Shown here: positions 1-14,908 of the stretch, one piece after another | Numbering within the stretch: position 1 is the first letter of the stretch | Layout: each line of letters starts with the position of its first letter | Origin: the human T2T-CHM13v2.0 reference genome, Homo sapiens | Length of the DNA stretch: 64,000 nt | Direction: 5' to 3' (one strand) | Assembly (NCBI RefSeq): GCF_009914755.1 | Contig: NC_060926.1 | Translations under genes and position numbers: made by a program | Notes under the pieces: model-generated | What the model was told of the DNA's origin: nothing | The model's database searches: none | What the model saw: the letters and a program-made list of their open reading frames with translations, nothing else

Positions 1-941
1 AATTCTGTCACCAATTTGTGTGCTTATATGTTATTCTTTAGTGTTCAGTGTAGTGTAAGGGGTTGGGTTAATCTTCCACAAAATGGATGTGACTGGGAAG
101 AAATACCTAAGATGCAAGTACCCAATGCCCTGTTGTGCTCTAGGCTGGCTATTTATCTCGAGACTGAGGGAGAATAAAAGGTCTTATTCCATAGCAAGTG
201 CAGTCGGCCAACTTTCGGTTATATTTTTGCTATGTTCTACCACCTAAATATAACTATTGCTTACAAGGTGTATACATTTAGTACATCACATAGAGTCCAC
301 TAAGTTTTGGAAAATGTAGTCATCTGTGTTCATGCAAATTATTAATTTTACATATTTTTAATTTTTTTCCTCAAAATTCTCATCTATTGGTTGGCAATCT
401 AAGGCTAATTTCAAAGCAGGTGATGCTGAACTTGTGAGAGCTATATATTTTCAGCAGAGTCTGAATCGATCTTTATGGGCACAAAGAAGAGAGTTGACCA
501 TTCAATCATTTTTCCATCAATTTAAACAGAAAAATAAAATGACACTGTATTACAGCCTTCAAACCGTATAATGGAAAAGTGCAGAGATTCTCCTCGTTGA
601 TTAAGTACAACCAAAAAAGTTCATATAAAATAGATTGCTCATATTCACACTACAAAGGAATACGTTGTTTTTAATTTTAACAAATTCAAAGGTGTGTCAT
701 ATCAGCAGCATTGTTGTAAATTGTACTGTAGTGCAGTTCTTTTTCATAAAAATACCATACAAATGGTCAATCAATAGTCATCAGCAAAAAATAAAACCCA
801 AAAAACTCAGAAAACAATTAACCAGGAAAAAGATAAAGAAAGAGGTAATGCTGATGCCAAAACAAGTATAATACTGTTGGAACATACAAAAGTAATCCTT
901 ATATTTTATACATTTATACAGCATATAAAAGATATCACTGA
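1..941 (-). other. LRP1B: 3' UTR of LRP1B (proximal part; probably continues beyond the window start)
   Basis: Lies directly after the TAA stop (942-944, minus strand). U-rich on the transcribed strand. No canonical AATAAA seen on the minus strand here, so the transcript end is not located. Confidence 0.8.
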
Positions 942-1139
<198 letters not shown>

Positions 1140-2472
1140 TTACTTCCTAGAATGTCCATCTCCTAATCGTAACAATATTTATATGCAATACATTTAATTT
1201 ATTAAATAGTAATGATTTAAAGGTTATTTACATGTTACATTTACAGACTTTACTCAACTCAAGCATGGTATTACATGAAACATAATTTTACATTTTGCAA
1301 GTAACTTGTGAACCTAAGAGGAGCTTTGCCATATACAAAAAGCCAGAAAAAAATCTTTGTAAAAGCTATGTTCACTGAGACTTTATTATAAAAGCATAAA
1401 ATGTGAAACTAAATTGTCATGTTTTCAGTTTTTGTGTTGTCCCCCTTATTGCTATTACAAGCCTATCCGTGGCAAGTAAGATGTGTTTTCAGAAAAACAT
1501 TTGTTTGGTGCTTATAATTTTTCAACATGAACTTAAAAACAAGTAAACAAAAATGTAAAGAAATGCATTAGTGTATCAGATTTTTAAAGCAATATTTTTG
1601 CCTCAAACAACCTGTGTGTACTTATTAGAAATATTTTTGGACTTTTTCAAAGAATTGTGATGTACACAGTCATCTTAAGTTTCACAAACATAGCATTTTG
1701 AAGTAGAATTAGAGGCATGCAGCAGCTGACCTCTTTGAGTTGGAAAACATATACATACAATGTTCACTATTTAACAAATTGCAGTTTATCCCAAGAAAAT
1801 TTTGCCTAGTGTTTGTTTTCCTTATTTTTTGTTTCGTCTTTCCAAAAACAGTACATTAAATCTTAGTTACAACAAGGAAACATTATAATCTTTGAGCCAT
1901 GCAATTGAGACAAACATGATAGAAAATGAGGATGAAAACAGTTGATGGGAAAGACGATAAGGGAGAGAATTCTCATCCCTAGGAATCTTGATAATGCATA
2001 TTTTTATTCCTCTTCTGCTTAAAATGAACTATGTAACTTTAGACAGAACAGCTTTCTCTAAACACCAGTTACTTAATTGAAACATGTTTTTGAGAGTGGT
2101 TTTGTTAGACCGTCTGTAATTTCTCAATATGATGACACATTTTAAAGTATAGTCTATTTAACTGCACGTCAAATTTGTATATATTAAATAAACCACTATG
2201 AGAGGAAATGAATAAAATCAAAAGTTTATTCAGTTTTAATTTCTGGCTAGAGCTTCTTTGCTAAGAATAACAAATACTCATGTTCACTGTAAAGGGACAA
2301 TAACATTTCCAAATCCAGTAGAAGAGATATTTCTACTTAATGGCTTGCCTAAAATAATGTTTTAGATGTAATCTTGCATAGACAGGACACATAACATAAG
2401 CCCCCAATTTAAATGCTATTTTGAAATCTCTTGTTAATTAAAAACTTAATTAAAAACAAGCCTCTAAGTCTA

Positions 2473-2706
<234 letters not shown>

Positions 2707-2823
2707 TCATGTTAATTCATAAAAATAACATAAAAATACCCTTTAGCCTTACACCATTTACAGTGTGTTCATGTTAGCTTTAACAACTTAAAACAACTTA
2801 AAATATCCAATATTAATATTATT

Positions 2824-2851
2824 AAAGATCCAATATTAATATTGGATCTTT
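2824..2851. repeat. Perfect 28-bp palindrome aaagatccaatattaatattggatcttt
   Basis: Self-reverse-complementary by direct reading. Confidence 0.95.
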
Positions 2852-4659
2852 GCTTCATAGGTAGACATTTCTCTCACAAAAGTCTTATTCAGAAAATATA
2901 AAGAATAGTCCAAGTAAGAATTGGCATGAATTTGAAGATAAAACTAGTACATATTTATCTCTTTTAAACTCTTCAAACTATTCTGTGGTTACCCCCATAG
3001 TCAAATCAATTTTATTAACTGCATTAAGTACTTTCAATCCTTTTGATTATAAGATACCATTGAACTAGAAATTTTACCCTCTTTGAGAATAACAGAAATG
3101 AGTGTTCTACAAAATTTTTCTTCACATGTAATTTATACTGATTGCACCATGCATATATCAAACGCTTGTAACAAAGTGAATGCTCTATAAAATTCATATG
3201 ATTATTAAGGTTGCTTCAATATGGCCCTTTGTTTCTCACTACTGTCTAAACCTATTAGAACTAGCTGTTTTTTTCTGTAGTTACTCATTTGACAACAATT
3301 CACATTTATATTCAAATATCAGGATCCAGATAGAATCAGTCATCTAAGTCATATTTGATGCAATTTTGGTTATTCAGTCATCCAATTGGTAAATATTTGA
3401 GTATTATGTTCTAAGTACATTAAAATATATTTGGGGGCACTGAAACATAGTTTTATCTTCCTAGAGTAAATGTGAAAATTTTTGAATGTGTAAAAAGCTA
3501 TTCTCTTTAAGTGTACAAAATTGGATTAATTCTATCACTAGAAATAAAAATGATGAGGAAAAAATAACCCTCCTTCATATGAAAAATGTGTAAAGTATAT
3601 CGTCATTAGTCTGTTATATGTATGAATACTATATTTTTATTCCTAAGAAAAATGCAAAGAATTTCAGAACTCTATTATTTGTCTTTCTCCTTCATAGATA
3701 TAATAGATTATCAATAGCAATGTGTAAAATATGTATCATGTCTCCACTTCTGTGATATTTTAAAGCAGAAAATATCAAATGTAAGGTTACCAAGACTTTT
3801 TCCTTGAAAAATTTCAGATGTAGGAGTGAATTTTAATAACTATAAAATTATGTCTAATTAGAAAAATATAATATTCTCTGATAGTACACAATGTATCCAT
3901 GTGAAAAGATTGATTTTCATAGAAGTGAATATTTGAGCATCAATTTTAGGCTTAGAAAGCCTAATCATGGGTTCAGAACTAGACTGAATATGTGGGATCC
4001 TATTCAGATTCTTCAGGAACACCAATGACTGTGATTGCAAAATAATTTGAATGTAGATTGGCCACATTGGATATTTACAATGTAAAAGTGCATTTTGATG
4101 AAGTAACTTTTCTAAGTCAGAAAAATAAATAACTATTCAATAAATAAGTGAATAAACCAAGAAAAATTGTTTCATAATACTAAATTGATACTCTTAATTT
4201 AGAGAAAAAATATTCTAAAATTATCAGAAAGAATATTCAGATAATTCACTGAAGTAAATCTTCACAAGTTTAACTGGATAATTGTATCATTTAGCTATTT
4301 CCCTTAAAAGTTGCCAACCTCAGCTTATAGTAATAAAAACTAACAAATATTTTTAAATTTAAAAGGCTGTGGATTGTCAGGCTATATGTATCAATGAAAT
4401 GTTTTAAACTAGTAAGGATATTATGACAGATAGAAAAATATTTCTCAAAAGTGATTTAATTACAAAGAAGTCCAAGGACACAGCTTATCTGGCTCATCAT
4501 TTAAACATTATTGGAAACAACATACTTATTTTGATAGTAAAGTACTGTACTCTTTTATATTTAAAAAATACACTGACCAAGATTTTTACACTAAGCTGTG
4601 TATCTAGATTTGCTAATACCTCAACACATTTGATTAGAGCATTATTTTACATGAATTAT

Positions 4660-5232
4660 ACATATTTATGAGATACTGTGTTTTGTTATGTTTTTATACA
4701 TGTATACATTGCAGAAAAAATCAAAGTATTTAGCATATCTATCACCTCATACATAGTTATTTTTTTGTGGCGAGAACATTAAAAATCCTTTTCTAGCTAT
4801 TTTTAAATATACAATACAATATTGTTAACCACCATCACCTAACTGTGCAACAGAACACCAAAACCCATTCCTCTTATCTGACTGTGACTTTGTACCCATT
4901 GAACAACACCTATTTTCCTTCCTCCTCCCCTCTCCACCCTCTAGTAACCACTATTCTACTCTCTACTTCAATATTAACTTCTATAGATTCACATGTGAGT
5001 GAGATCATGTGGTATTTGTCATTCTGTGCCTGGATTATTTCATATATGACAATATCATCCAGCTTTATCCATGTTGCCTCAAATGACAGGATTTCCTTCT
5101 TTTTTATGGCTGAATAGCATTTTCTTTATTCATTGTTGATGCACACTTAGGTTGATTCTATATCTTGGCTATTGTGAATAATGCTGTAAAAATCATGGAA
5201 GTACAGATATCTCTTCAATGTACTGATTTCCT
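4660..5232 (-). mobile_element. Old L1 (L1MA-type) 3' fragment
   Basis: Typical antisense L1 3' end: 'catgtgagtgagatcatgtggtatttgtcattctgtgcctgg', 'ttctttttatggctgaatag', 'ttggctattgtgaataatgctg'. Confidence 0.8.
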
Positions 5233-5869
5233 ACTTATTATGTATCAATTAAAACAAAAAACATTAAAAGAAGGATGCCATGTCTGAAGTGATGAAAACA
5301 AAACTATCTTGTAAGTATCCAGTTCCTACCAAACCAAAACCCCATAGAACCACACTGTAAGGAATACTGGGAGGAAGTGGGTAGAAAAGAAAATGTCTCA
5401 CCAAACTACTTTTCAGCCATATTTCTAGAAGCTGTGCATGTATTGGTCTTCTCCTTGCATATATTTCAACATTGAAAGTCAGTAGCTTTACTTTATAATA
5501 GACCTTTATCTATCTATATATCTATCTATCCCCTGAAGAAGACCTAAACAATTTGCTGTGTGATATCAATACTAAAACAATTTTTAAATGAGTTTTTCGT
5601 TTGCTTTATGTAAACAAAATTAGATAATGAATCATTTTTCAATAAAAAACATATAAAAACATGTTTATAAAAGAACTGAGCAAATAAATATGTGTTTTCT
5701 AAGATGTGTTACACTCAGCTTCAGGTGAATGCAGTCCATAATTGTACTTTCTCTTTAGAAGAGGCTATATCATTCAATACATCCTAAAGTCCCTTATTCT
5801 AACTTCAGATAACAGAAAAACTTGGTGAAATTCAGAACCATAAAACAGAGATGCGACTCAAGAATGTTA

Positions 5870-6133
<264 letters not shown>

Positions 6134-6449
6134 TTATTTTGAAATAAATTGAATAAATGACATTTGTCAAGTAACAGAGGAACAAAAAGTAGTACATTGA
6201 TAGGCTGTTTTCCCAGTTGTTTTGACTTAATAAAAACACACTGGAAATAAATACCTCCTAAATAGCCGAAATGACATCATTTGAAATTGAATATTTACCA
6301 ATCTTTTTAAATTCTATTTTTTCTCCTTTCTGAAAACTATCACAACAAAATAGTGATAAACTCTAAGATTGTTTTCAATCCCCAAGTTACATGGTTAGAA
6401 TCCTGTTTTACATAATTCAAATACTGACTCAAAAGCTCTTGGTTTTTAA

Positions 6450-6700
6450 GCTTATTTTGTACAAGTGCAAGTTTGTTACGTGGTTATATTGCATAGTGTT
6501 GAAGCCTGGGCTTTTAGTATGTCCATCACCCAAATAATGTACGCTGTACCCATTAGGTAATTTCTCATCAACCACCCCACTTTCATTTCCCGCCCTTCTA
6601 AATCTCCAATAGTTATCACCCTACACTCTATGTCAGTAATAATGGACATTATTTCACGTCCATTTGTAAGTGAGCACACATGGCTCTTGTCTTTCTGTAG
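6450..6700 (-). mobile_element. L1MA/L1PB 3' end fragment
   Basis: 'gtacaagtgcaagtttgttac...gggcttttagtatgtccatcacccaaataatgtac...taagtgagcacacatgg' resembles antisense L1MA 3' UTR. Confidence 0.75.
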
Positions 6701-7191
6701 ACAACCTAGTCTTCTAGATCTATAAGTTCATTTTCATATAAATTGAAATGATACTTCTAATGAGGTATAAGTGAATCAATGCACTATTTGTGAAAGAAAT
6801 GTACAAATTGGAGATGTATATATGCATATCAGTATCACTGTATTGACATTACTAATCATACACATTAATATAAAAAGATGCTCCTCAGAGACCCTTGCTG
6901 TTTCAAGGAAAGATAACTGCAAATGTAAAATCCTACTTAACTTTTGAATAATATGATCTCTTGTCAGTTTTGCTAGAATATATACATGGACCATTCCCTT
7001 AACATAACATGGGAGAAGACTTGTCTAAATTATAATCACTTAAAAGAGAGGTATAAAATGATTTGAAAAACATTGTATTTTACAGTTGGCATAACTAAAT
7101 CATGTTTAAAAAAATTAACAACAAACATTATGTTTCTGCACCTAGTTGTGTGATTTATTCACTGACTGCTAATCTAGAACATTGCATCTTA

Positions 7192-7344
<153 letters not shown>

Positions 7345-7734
7345 CTAAGTACTTTATTATACCAAATCACTTGACCATGGATATAATAAAAGCTTAGCCC
7401 AAATGTTTATATTTCGGGTTCATAATTATGTTATTGGAAAATCATTCTTCTCTTAAACACTTGATCTGATGGAAATGTTTCCTTAGATATCTTTCATTTA
7501 TGTGTTGCATTTAAATACCTTGAGATTAGAGATCTGACTTTTTTGTTGATCTGTGTTTAGTGATTCCCATCACACACATTTACTAGCAATGATGCAAGTA
7601 CCTGCTAGTACCTCTTTTTAAATCAACTAAGACTGAATAAACATTTACACAGTTTCACTGACCACATTCCCACCCTTAGTTTTGTTCCTTTAGTCATCCA
7701 TACTTTCTGGTCAGGGGTCCATGTGACAAGTTAG

Positions 7735-7900
7735 GTGGCAGCCTGGTGAAACAAAAGGGGTATCAGTGTTTGATTTGGATGGAATCTTGGTGTAAATATT
7801 GGTTTCACAACTTACTTGAAGTGAGACCTTATGTAGGTTATTTAAATGCTTTGAGGCTCATGCTCTTCAACTGTAAAACACAGAGAAGAAGACTTACCAC
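7735..7900 (+). mobile_element. MIR fragment
   Basis: MIR core-like 'acttacttgaagtgagaccttatgtaggttatttaaatgctttgaggctcatgctcttcaactgtaaaa'. Confidence 0.6.
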
Positions 7901-8937
7901 AAAGGGCAGTTAGCTTGATTCCACAGAATTAGGGGGTGAAGAGGTTCTCTTTCTCATGTTTAGTTTCTGAACAGTTTTAGCAAGACATATTTTAGGAGTT
8001 TGGCTTATGTGGCAAATGTCAATTATTTTCCTTTCTTCCATATATGAGAAAGGTCTTGGGTACTAGCACTAACAGAATAGATCTTCAAAAATGATCAGTG
8101 AAATTTGGTCTTTGTTTTTATGCATCTGAGCACAGGGAGGAGGCAAAATGGAGGAGACTTGGTTTTCTATGTATATACTAGATTAGCAATAGGGTAATCG
8201 ATATTTTTAGTCAGTGAGTAGGCAGACAATAATAGCCCATTGCTAATAATGTGACCCACAGGAGAATACACCCAAATATCACTTATTTATAAGAAGAAAA
8301 CTGAATACAGGGTTGCCTGATAACAGGAAAGTATGACATAGCTAATATTAACTTTTCTTACTGAAAAATATCTAGTACACATGAAACAAAGGCTTTTATC
8401 TACTTTGAATAAACCTCTGGTTGACAAGTCAACTTAATCACTGGTTAACCTAAGAAACCAAGCAGCCCAACAACTAGTTAAAATTGAACATGGAGATCTT
8501 GAATGGATTAAGAATAGAACATTAAAAATTCTGAAAGTCTATGAATTTTTCAGGCAAATACATGTGCATGTGAAAGTATCAAGGTAGAAATTAATGGTGA
8601 TATGCACAATAACCAGCCACTTAGAACTGTATTATAAATATATAGATATGTTTTAAGGGCTTTATAGCCAGAGGATATCTGGGTGAGATAATCCATACTG
8701 GACCACTTGCCAAATACCAAAAAGGCTTCATTAAGAAAATTTCATGTATAAGATAAATCTCTAATTTAGAACTTCGAGAAATAACTCGTGTAAAATAACC
8801 AACCATCTCTTCTATCCACTTCTTCAGACACTTTCTAAAATGTAAAAGTCATTTTGTTTTTTCATGTAGTTATGAGAACTTATGGTGTTTGATATTACTA
8901 TATTACCTCCTTTGTTTTGGGAAAGTGAACTTTATAT

Positions 8938-8974
8938 GCATCTGTAATTTATTAGCATCTGTAATTTATTAGCA
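8938..8974. repeat. Tandem duplication of 17-mer gcatctgtaatttatta
   Basis: Two exact adjacent copies. Confidence 0.9.
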
Positions 8975-9832
8975 ATTAATGAAAGAGAATCTGGCAGCTT
9001 GGATGGTAATTAACACTTGTTCACAAGTTTTAAATACCAGAGAACAGCTTGGTTTCTTCAAAAACTATGACTTCAACTGCTTGATCATGATTTTACAAAT
9101 ATATCTACTTCATTTTCCTCTAAAATTTGTATAAAATTGGTGGGTGTAAAATACCTATCAATATAGTTTTAGGGTATATAAAATTTATTTTCTCTCAATG
9201 CAATTATAAATCATTTTTTAAAAATAGATTTTACTTGTTCTACAGTTTGACATTCCTATGAGGTAGGAAGCTGTTAATTAAGTATGCTAGAAAATAAAAG
9301 GTGTCTTTTTTTCCCTTCATAGATGGCAGTTGCAATCCCATATATTACAGCATTTTGTGTTTAAGAGCCTAGACTTCTGATATGTTTATGTAACCAATCA
9401 AAGTAACTACTATAAAACCTAGTGTCACTGATAAATAATGCAGGGTAGAAGATTAGCAAGTTTTTTTAAAATTTTATAAAATAGTTTTTATTGCTGGAAA
9501 CACAGGTATTTTTAAAATTAACAGATATTATAAAAATAAGTACTTTTTCCCTAGTATTATATATGACAGTAAATTTCATACTGTAAATACAATGATCAAT
9601 CCCTATTGCAGGTCATGTTTTAACAGTACATTGTTAATAGAGTATTAGAAACTGAAAAACATAGACTCTGTACTTATTAAGGGTGGAGGGGATATCTCAA
9701 CAAGTTTCTCATAAAAAAAATAGAGCAAGTCTTTTTTTGCAACATGGTTCTGAAACCTCATCATGCAACATTTTTCCATTAGAAGAAAGAACTATAAGTG
9801 CTGTGTTGAAGAGCCCCTTTCCATAGGAGAGC

Positions 9833-10035
9833 TAGTACAGCATAGCAGTTGAGATAATGGAGCCAGGCTACCTCTATTCAAATCTGTTTTACTATTCATT
9901 ACCAACATATGCTCAGGCACATTAATTATATTTGTCTCAATTTACTCATCTATAATATGGGTATCATCATTAATAGTTATCATACAGTATTATAGATAGG
10001 ATTATGCCAATCAGAAAATACTACATACATGCTTA
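9833..10035 (+). mobile_element. MIR element
   Basis: 'agtacagcatagcagttgaga...ggagccaggctacct...tcaatttactcatctataatatggg' follows the MIR consensus. Confidence 0.65.
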
Positions 10036-10199
10036 ATGAACAAAACACATGTTCTCATAGCACTCTGTACAAGCTTCTATTCTGCACTTTTCACAATATA
10101 ATGCATCAGTTTGTTTTTGAGATATTTGAGGGCACAATCTGTTTCTCCTTGTTCTGCAAATAGTGCAGTCCTTAGGATGTCATAGGGTCTATAAATTCA

Positions 10200-11200
10200 A
10201 TTCTTATTTAGCAAATATATCTTAAGTGCTTGCTGTGCTCCAGACCCTGAAAATATACTCTATTTTGCACTGAGGATAAAATGACCCTTCTCTTATATTG
10301 CTTGATGTATAACAGAATAACAAATAAATGGGTTCATTCACTATAGTAGCATGAATGCTGTATTAGGAAAGTTTGCATTGTTCTGGGAATATAAAGGAGG
10401 TGCCTCCAACTAGATCTGGGGTGGAAGGAGACTAGTTTGTCTCTGAGGCTTAAGGAGCAAATCCTCTGTTGTCAGTGAAGAGAATTTAAAGGCCAAGAGG
10501 ATTACGATTAAGGAAAAACAGTTGGGCTGGAAGGAGATGTGACTGCAGTGGAAAGCAGAGGTGAGATTATGAAGGAGTGTGTAAGCCATATAAATCAGAT
10601 GGGCAATTGTACTATTTTTTTCTTTTTAAAAGGATGATGTTGAAGAAAATTTAGGAAGGAACATCTACTGAATTTATTGTTTGATTCAACTTAGGAAAGA
10701 GAGAGAAGTTTAAGGATGGAACTTAAGTGTTGTTTCCATAGCCAGGTGGATTGGCTCAAGTCTCAGCGGAAGTATCACCACTTTTCAGCCATCCATATGG
10801 ATGGACAGAAAGGCAAAATAAGGTATATGAAAATGACTGTGGATAGGGGGCAGTGATGAGATCATTTGGGAACTGAGCTTGAGATCCCTGTGGAATATAG
10901 ATGACACAGATACAGATATATCAAGCAAGCAGTGAAATACATGTCTCAAACTTAGGAGATAAATCAATATTGAGCATAGGAATTTTGGGGAATCAACAGA
11001 GTTGATAACTCATGTCAAGGATTATGTCCTGGCAAGGAGAGTGTATCTAGTGATAAACAGGTAAATTAATCAAGCAGAATAGAAAGAAAATAATGTCAAA
11101 AGGAAGACAGAGTTGCTTCAAAAGAGGTAGAAGAGAAACCAGAAGTGTTCACTATCATGAAGTTCAGAGGAAGAGAACATTTTATTTACTGATCAAATTT
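10200..11200 (-). mobile_element. L2 LINE relic
   Basis: Begins with reversed L2 3' end ('tttagcaaatatatcttaagtgcttgctgtgctccagacc'); purine-rich degenerate L2 body. Confidence 0.55.
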
Positions 11201-11399
11201 TCAATAGAACAATATTAGCATAAGTTATATAATTAAAATGACTGCCTTTGACATGTTGCTCTATACCCTGTTCTTAAGTTTGTTTATAGATATGTATAAA
11301 TGTAGAGTATATATATTTGTTGAAATTAGCATCCTTTCTCTTAAGCATTTTGGTACATTGTAATGTTAAAAATTGTAAAGAAAATATGTTCCCAACTTA

Positions 11400-11905
11400 G
11401 TAAAGGTGATCCTTCCAGTGGTCTTCAAGAGGCTGCCTATCACCTTGGTCCTGTATCTCTAACTTCACTTTGTACCACTCTCCCCCTTGTTCTCTTGATA
11501 CCAGCACACTGGTCTTCTTTCAGTCTGCTGGACATGTCTAACTCTTTCTTGCTCCACGGTTGTTGTACCTGCTGTTCTTTATTCTTGTACCTTGAGCCTC
11601 AAGTCTCAGCTGAAGTATCACCACCTCAGAGAAAACACTCCTGGCCTCACTTTTCCTGTGACATTCTCTATCTTTGCCCTTTTTATCTTTTTTGTTTTTG
11701 CTTCCTTCACGGACCAATCAAAACTCACAATTACTTTATACATTTGAATATTTCCTTTTTTATTTACTTCCTTGTTTTATTGCTGTTTACTCCATTAGAA
11801 CCTCAGCTTCATGAGAAGAAGCACTGTCTGCCTTCCTCACTGACCTGCCTCTGGGATCTAGTGCAGTACTTGACACTTAGCAGAGACTTGATAAACCTTT
11901 GCTTT
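11400..11905 (+). mobile_element. L2 LINE 3' fragment
   Basis: Pyrimidine-rich body ending 'ccattagaacctcagcttcatgag...ctagtgcagtacttgacacttagcagagacttgataaa'. Confidence 0.65.
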
Positions 11906-14212
11906 GGGAGAAATGGAAATAAAACATTATTTTGTTGTGTTTTTCAGTTACATCTCTATATTTGCAGATTTATAATTCCTGGTATAATATAACCAGTTTT
12001 TTTCTGTATTAAAACATAATGGATGATACAAAATGATAAAGACAAAGTAGCAAAAGAGATACAATGACCCCCTAACAGATATCTTGCCCCTATTGTCACT
12101 ATAGTAAAATACAGCATCTCTACATTACTGCACCACCAATGCTGAGTATATTTTTGTCTTTCATAATTTCAGCGGATACAACAAATAACATAATTGAAAC
12201 ACTGATCATTCAATGCTCAATTTTATGTAAATTTTAAAATTTTATGTAAATTTAAAATAGAAGTATGCAATGAATATTTTATTATGCTGAGTTTAAAACT
12301 CTTCAAAATATCTTCAGAAGAGTCAGACTAGATTTTTAAAATGGAACCTGAGCACAAAGCCCTAGATAATAGATCTGCCTAATTCCACAAGCTGCTTTTA
12401 GATACTTTAAACATCAAAAGCCGGTGAACATCACTACCACTATTCAGAGATGATTATGAAGGCCATGTACAAATCAGAAAAGTAAATCTCTGTATAAATT
12501 GATAGTAATTAGGCAGACAGAGGCAGTGTATTCTGGACTATGCCAACAGAGGTCCACTGATGATAGAAATGCAGATTTGAAAACACATTCCTAAAGTTTC
12601 ATCTTTCTTATTGGGCAGACGACTTCTGCTCAAGTTTGGGGAAGGTTTGACAATCATTCAAAACCACTAGATTTTACCCAAAATAATAAAAGTAATCCTC
12701 TTTCATGGGAAAGGTCAGTTTAACTACCTTTTCCCTTCTTTCAGAGCTACTGAGGCAAGTTTCTCGAAGCATAAATGTCTGATAATAAGCATCTAATAGA
12801 GTCATTATTTGGTCAACTTTGATCAAGTTTGTGATAATTTGACATATATGTAGCTAATAGCCCTTTCAAAATGCATTGATAGTTCTATTAAATTTCATGA
12901 CTTTAAATTAGTGATGGGAGAAAGAGCTTCAGAATCATTGGAAAGGGTTACAACTATTTGCAACTCTTTCCCCTATTTGATGTTCTTTACTTTAGAACTG
13001 TTGCATGTAATTAAAACCAGTTTCTTACATTTGCCCATACAAATCGTTGGAGACCCCACTCTCTAACGGGAACACCTGGAGCATTCCAGCTCCAAACCAT
13101 TTTCCAAACACCAAACTTTCCCTTTGTGGATGGAGCGTATACAAAATTTCCAAATTTCATACACAGTCTATGCTATTTCTTGTCAGAGTTTTAAAAAATT
13201 TTTTAAATTGTTTTTGATGCTCTAAAAAGGCTGTTTTCTTTATATTCGATCATTGAGAAACTACCATTAAAAAGGCTAAAATATCTTTTTAATTCCTAAT
13301 TTATAAATGGAGCATGTTCTACAGCTTGATAACTTCAAATGCACTTTTTTATTAATGCTTTTAACGATTGTTGAGTTTTGCAAATAGTTTATAAAATCAT
13401 ATATAAATTAATATGCCTCCAGAGTTATTACTGGTAGCATTAGTTTGAGCCCTAAATCTTGGGAAGAGAGATAAAGTATTTTTTCTTTTTCTTTTGCATA
13501 TCAAATTAGGCAAGACACATTTTGCCACTGTTAACCTTTTATCAACCAATTCCCCAAATCCCAGTGTCCTATTCCTACAATTATATGCTCATAGCTTCCC
13601 TATGGCCTCACCCTTCCCTGACCTAAGGAGAGCACACAAATTCTAAGATCAACTCAAAATGTTCCATAACCAAAAATCACTCACCTCACCTATCCAAATT
13701 TAAATATTCATGCCCAGACTGTCTATTCTAGACCTATTTTCCATTTTTCAAAGATGCCTAGGCTTATTAATAAACCCAAATTAATCTCTAAATTAGGAAA
13801 AATTGGACAATGATATCGAAACTGTCTGGGGGCAGAGACAACAAACAGGAATGTCAGCAGAGATGGGAAGCCTGCTTCTAGGGTACAAAAATGTTATATT
13901 TTATACTTTAATAGTCTCTCTCCTTTTTCACTAACTCTGAAACACTATGCTTTTTGCTTGTTTTTATGAAATCCTTGTCACCAGCAGTAAAGGACTAGGG
14001 AAAAATTGCTAAGGTAAGCAATCTTCCATCAAGGATGTTATTTTTTCTTTGCAAGTTTATTTACACCCAATAGACAATACAAATTTTTCAAAGGTTTTTC
14101 ACTCATGGTCAAATTAATGACAACATGTGTGAACTGGCAAACTTTATTTCAGACTTTTATTTTGAAAAACTTTATAACATCATTTCAGGTTGTCAGAAAC
14201 TGTACACAGACA

Positions 14213-14249
14213 CACAACGATGATATAGACCCACAACGATGATATAGAC
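14213..14249. repeat. Tandem duplication of cacaacgatgatatagac
   Basis: Two exact 18-nt copies separated by one base. Confidence 0.9.
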
Positions 14250-14831
14250 ACAAGTGACCCTAAGACTATGGCTGCACAAAAAAAAAATTTGCAAAAATGT
14301 TGATCTATATTTTAATATACTTCAAAACCAATACTTTAAAGAAGCAATAAATCAACTTATATCTTTATTAAGAATTGCTTGTTAACTTGCTTCTCTTTCA
14401 GACTAACCAATAAAGTCTGTCTTTCTCCCCCCAAGACGCATTGAAATGCATTCCAAGACAATACACTTTGCTCTAATTAAAACATGGAATTATTTTTCTT
14501 CCTGGAGCATTTTCACATCCATTGTGATATCTGCGACTTTTTCAGCTGATGAATATTTCCAAAGAAAAGCTTATGCTAGGTTAGCAGATGTGCATTCTGA
14601 AAACTCCCCAAATTTGGGATAAACTCTCCCAGCCTAAAAGAAAATGTACACACTGGATCCTGTAATTAGATGAAAGCTCAGTGCTTCCTTTTTCAAAAAC
14701 ACCTCGATTGCAGTGGATCTCTTATAAAATTCCATGAAGAAAGTGTTCTAAGACTCATCTCACTCAATAATGACATAACAATGATTTATATACAGTGTAG
14801 ATTACCCAAAATATTAATCTGAGAAACTTAC

Positions 14832-14908
14832 TTGTGCTGATATGATCAGACTTGCTGCTCTTTGGGGCTGGCCTTTCACACTGTGTGCCTGACCAGTTGG
14901 TGGAGCAT
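14832..14908 (-). CDS. LRP1B: LRP1B exon 87: end of last EGF repeat and stalk, [25 protein letters not shown]
   Basis: tttttag|A TGC ... ACA A|gtaagt; 77 nt, phase 2-1. Confidence 0.95.

Noticed and set aside
357-675. ATTAAA hexamers on the minus strand (about 357-362 and 670-675) as LRP1B poly(A) signals
   Set aside because: Common in AT-rich sequence; cleavage sites cannot be supported without 3'-end data
11363-11992. Longest ORF in the track (209 aa, plus strand)
   Set aside because: Lies in a pyrimidine-rich L2 relic; biased Leu/Phe/Ser composition, no domain and no splice context
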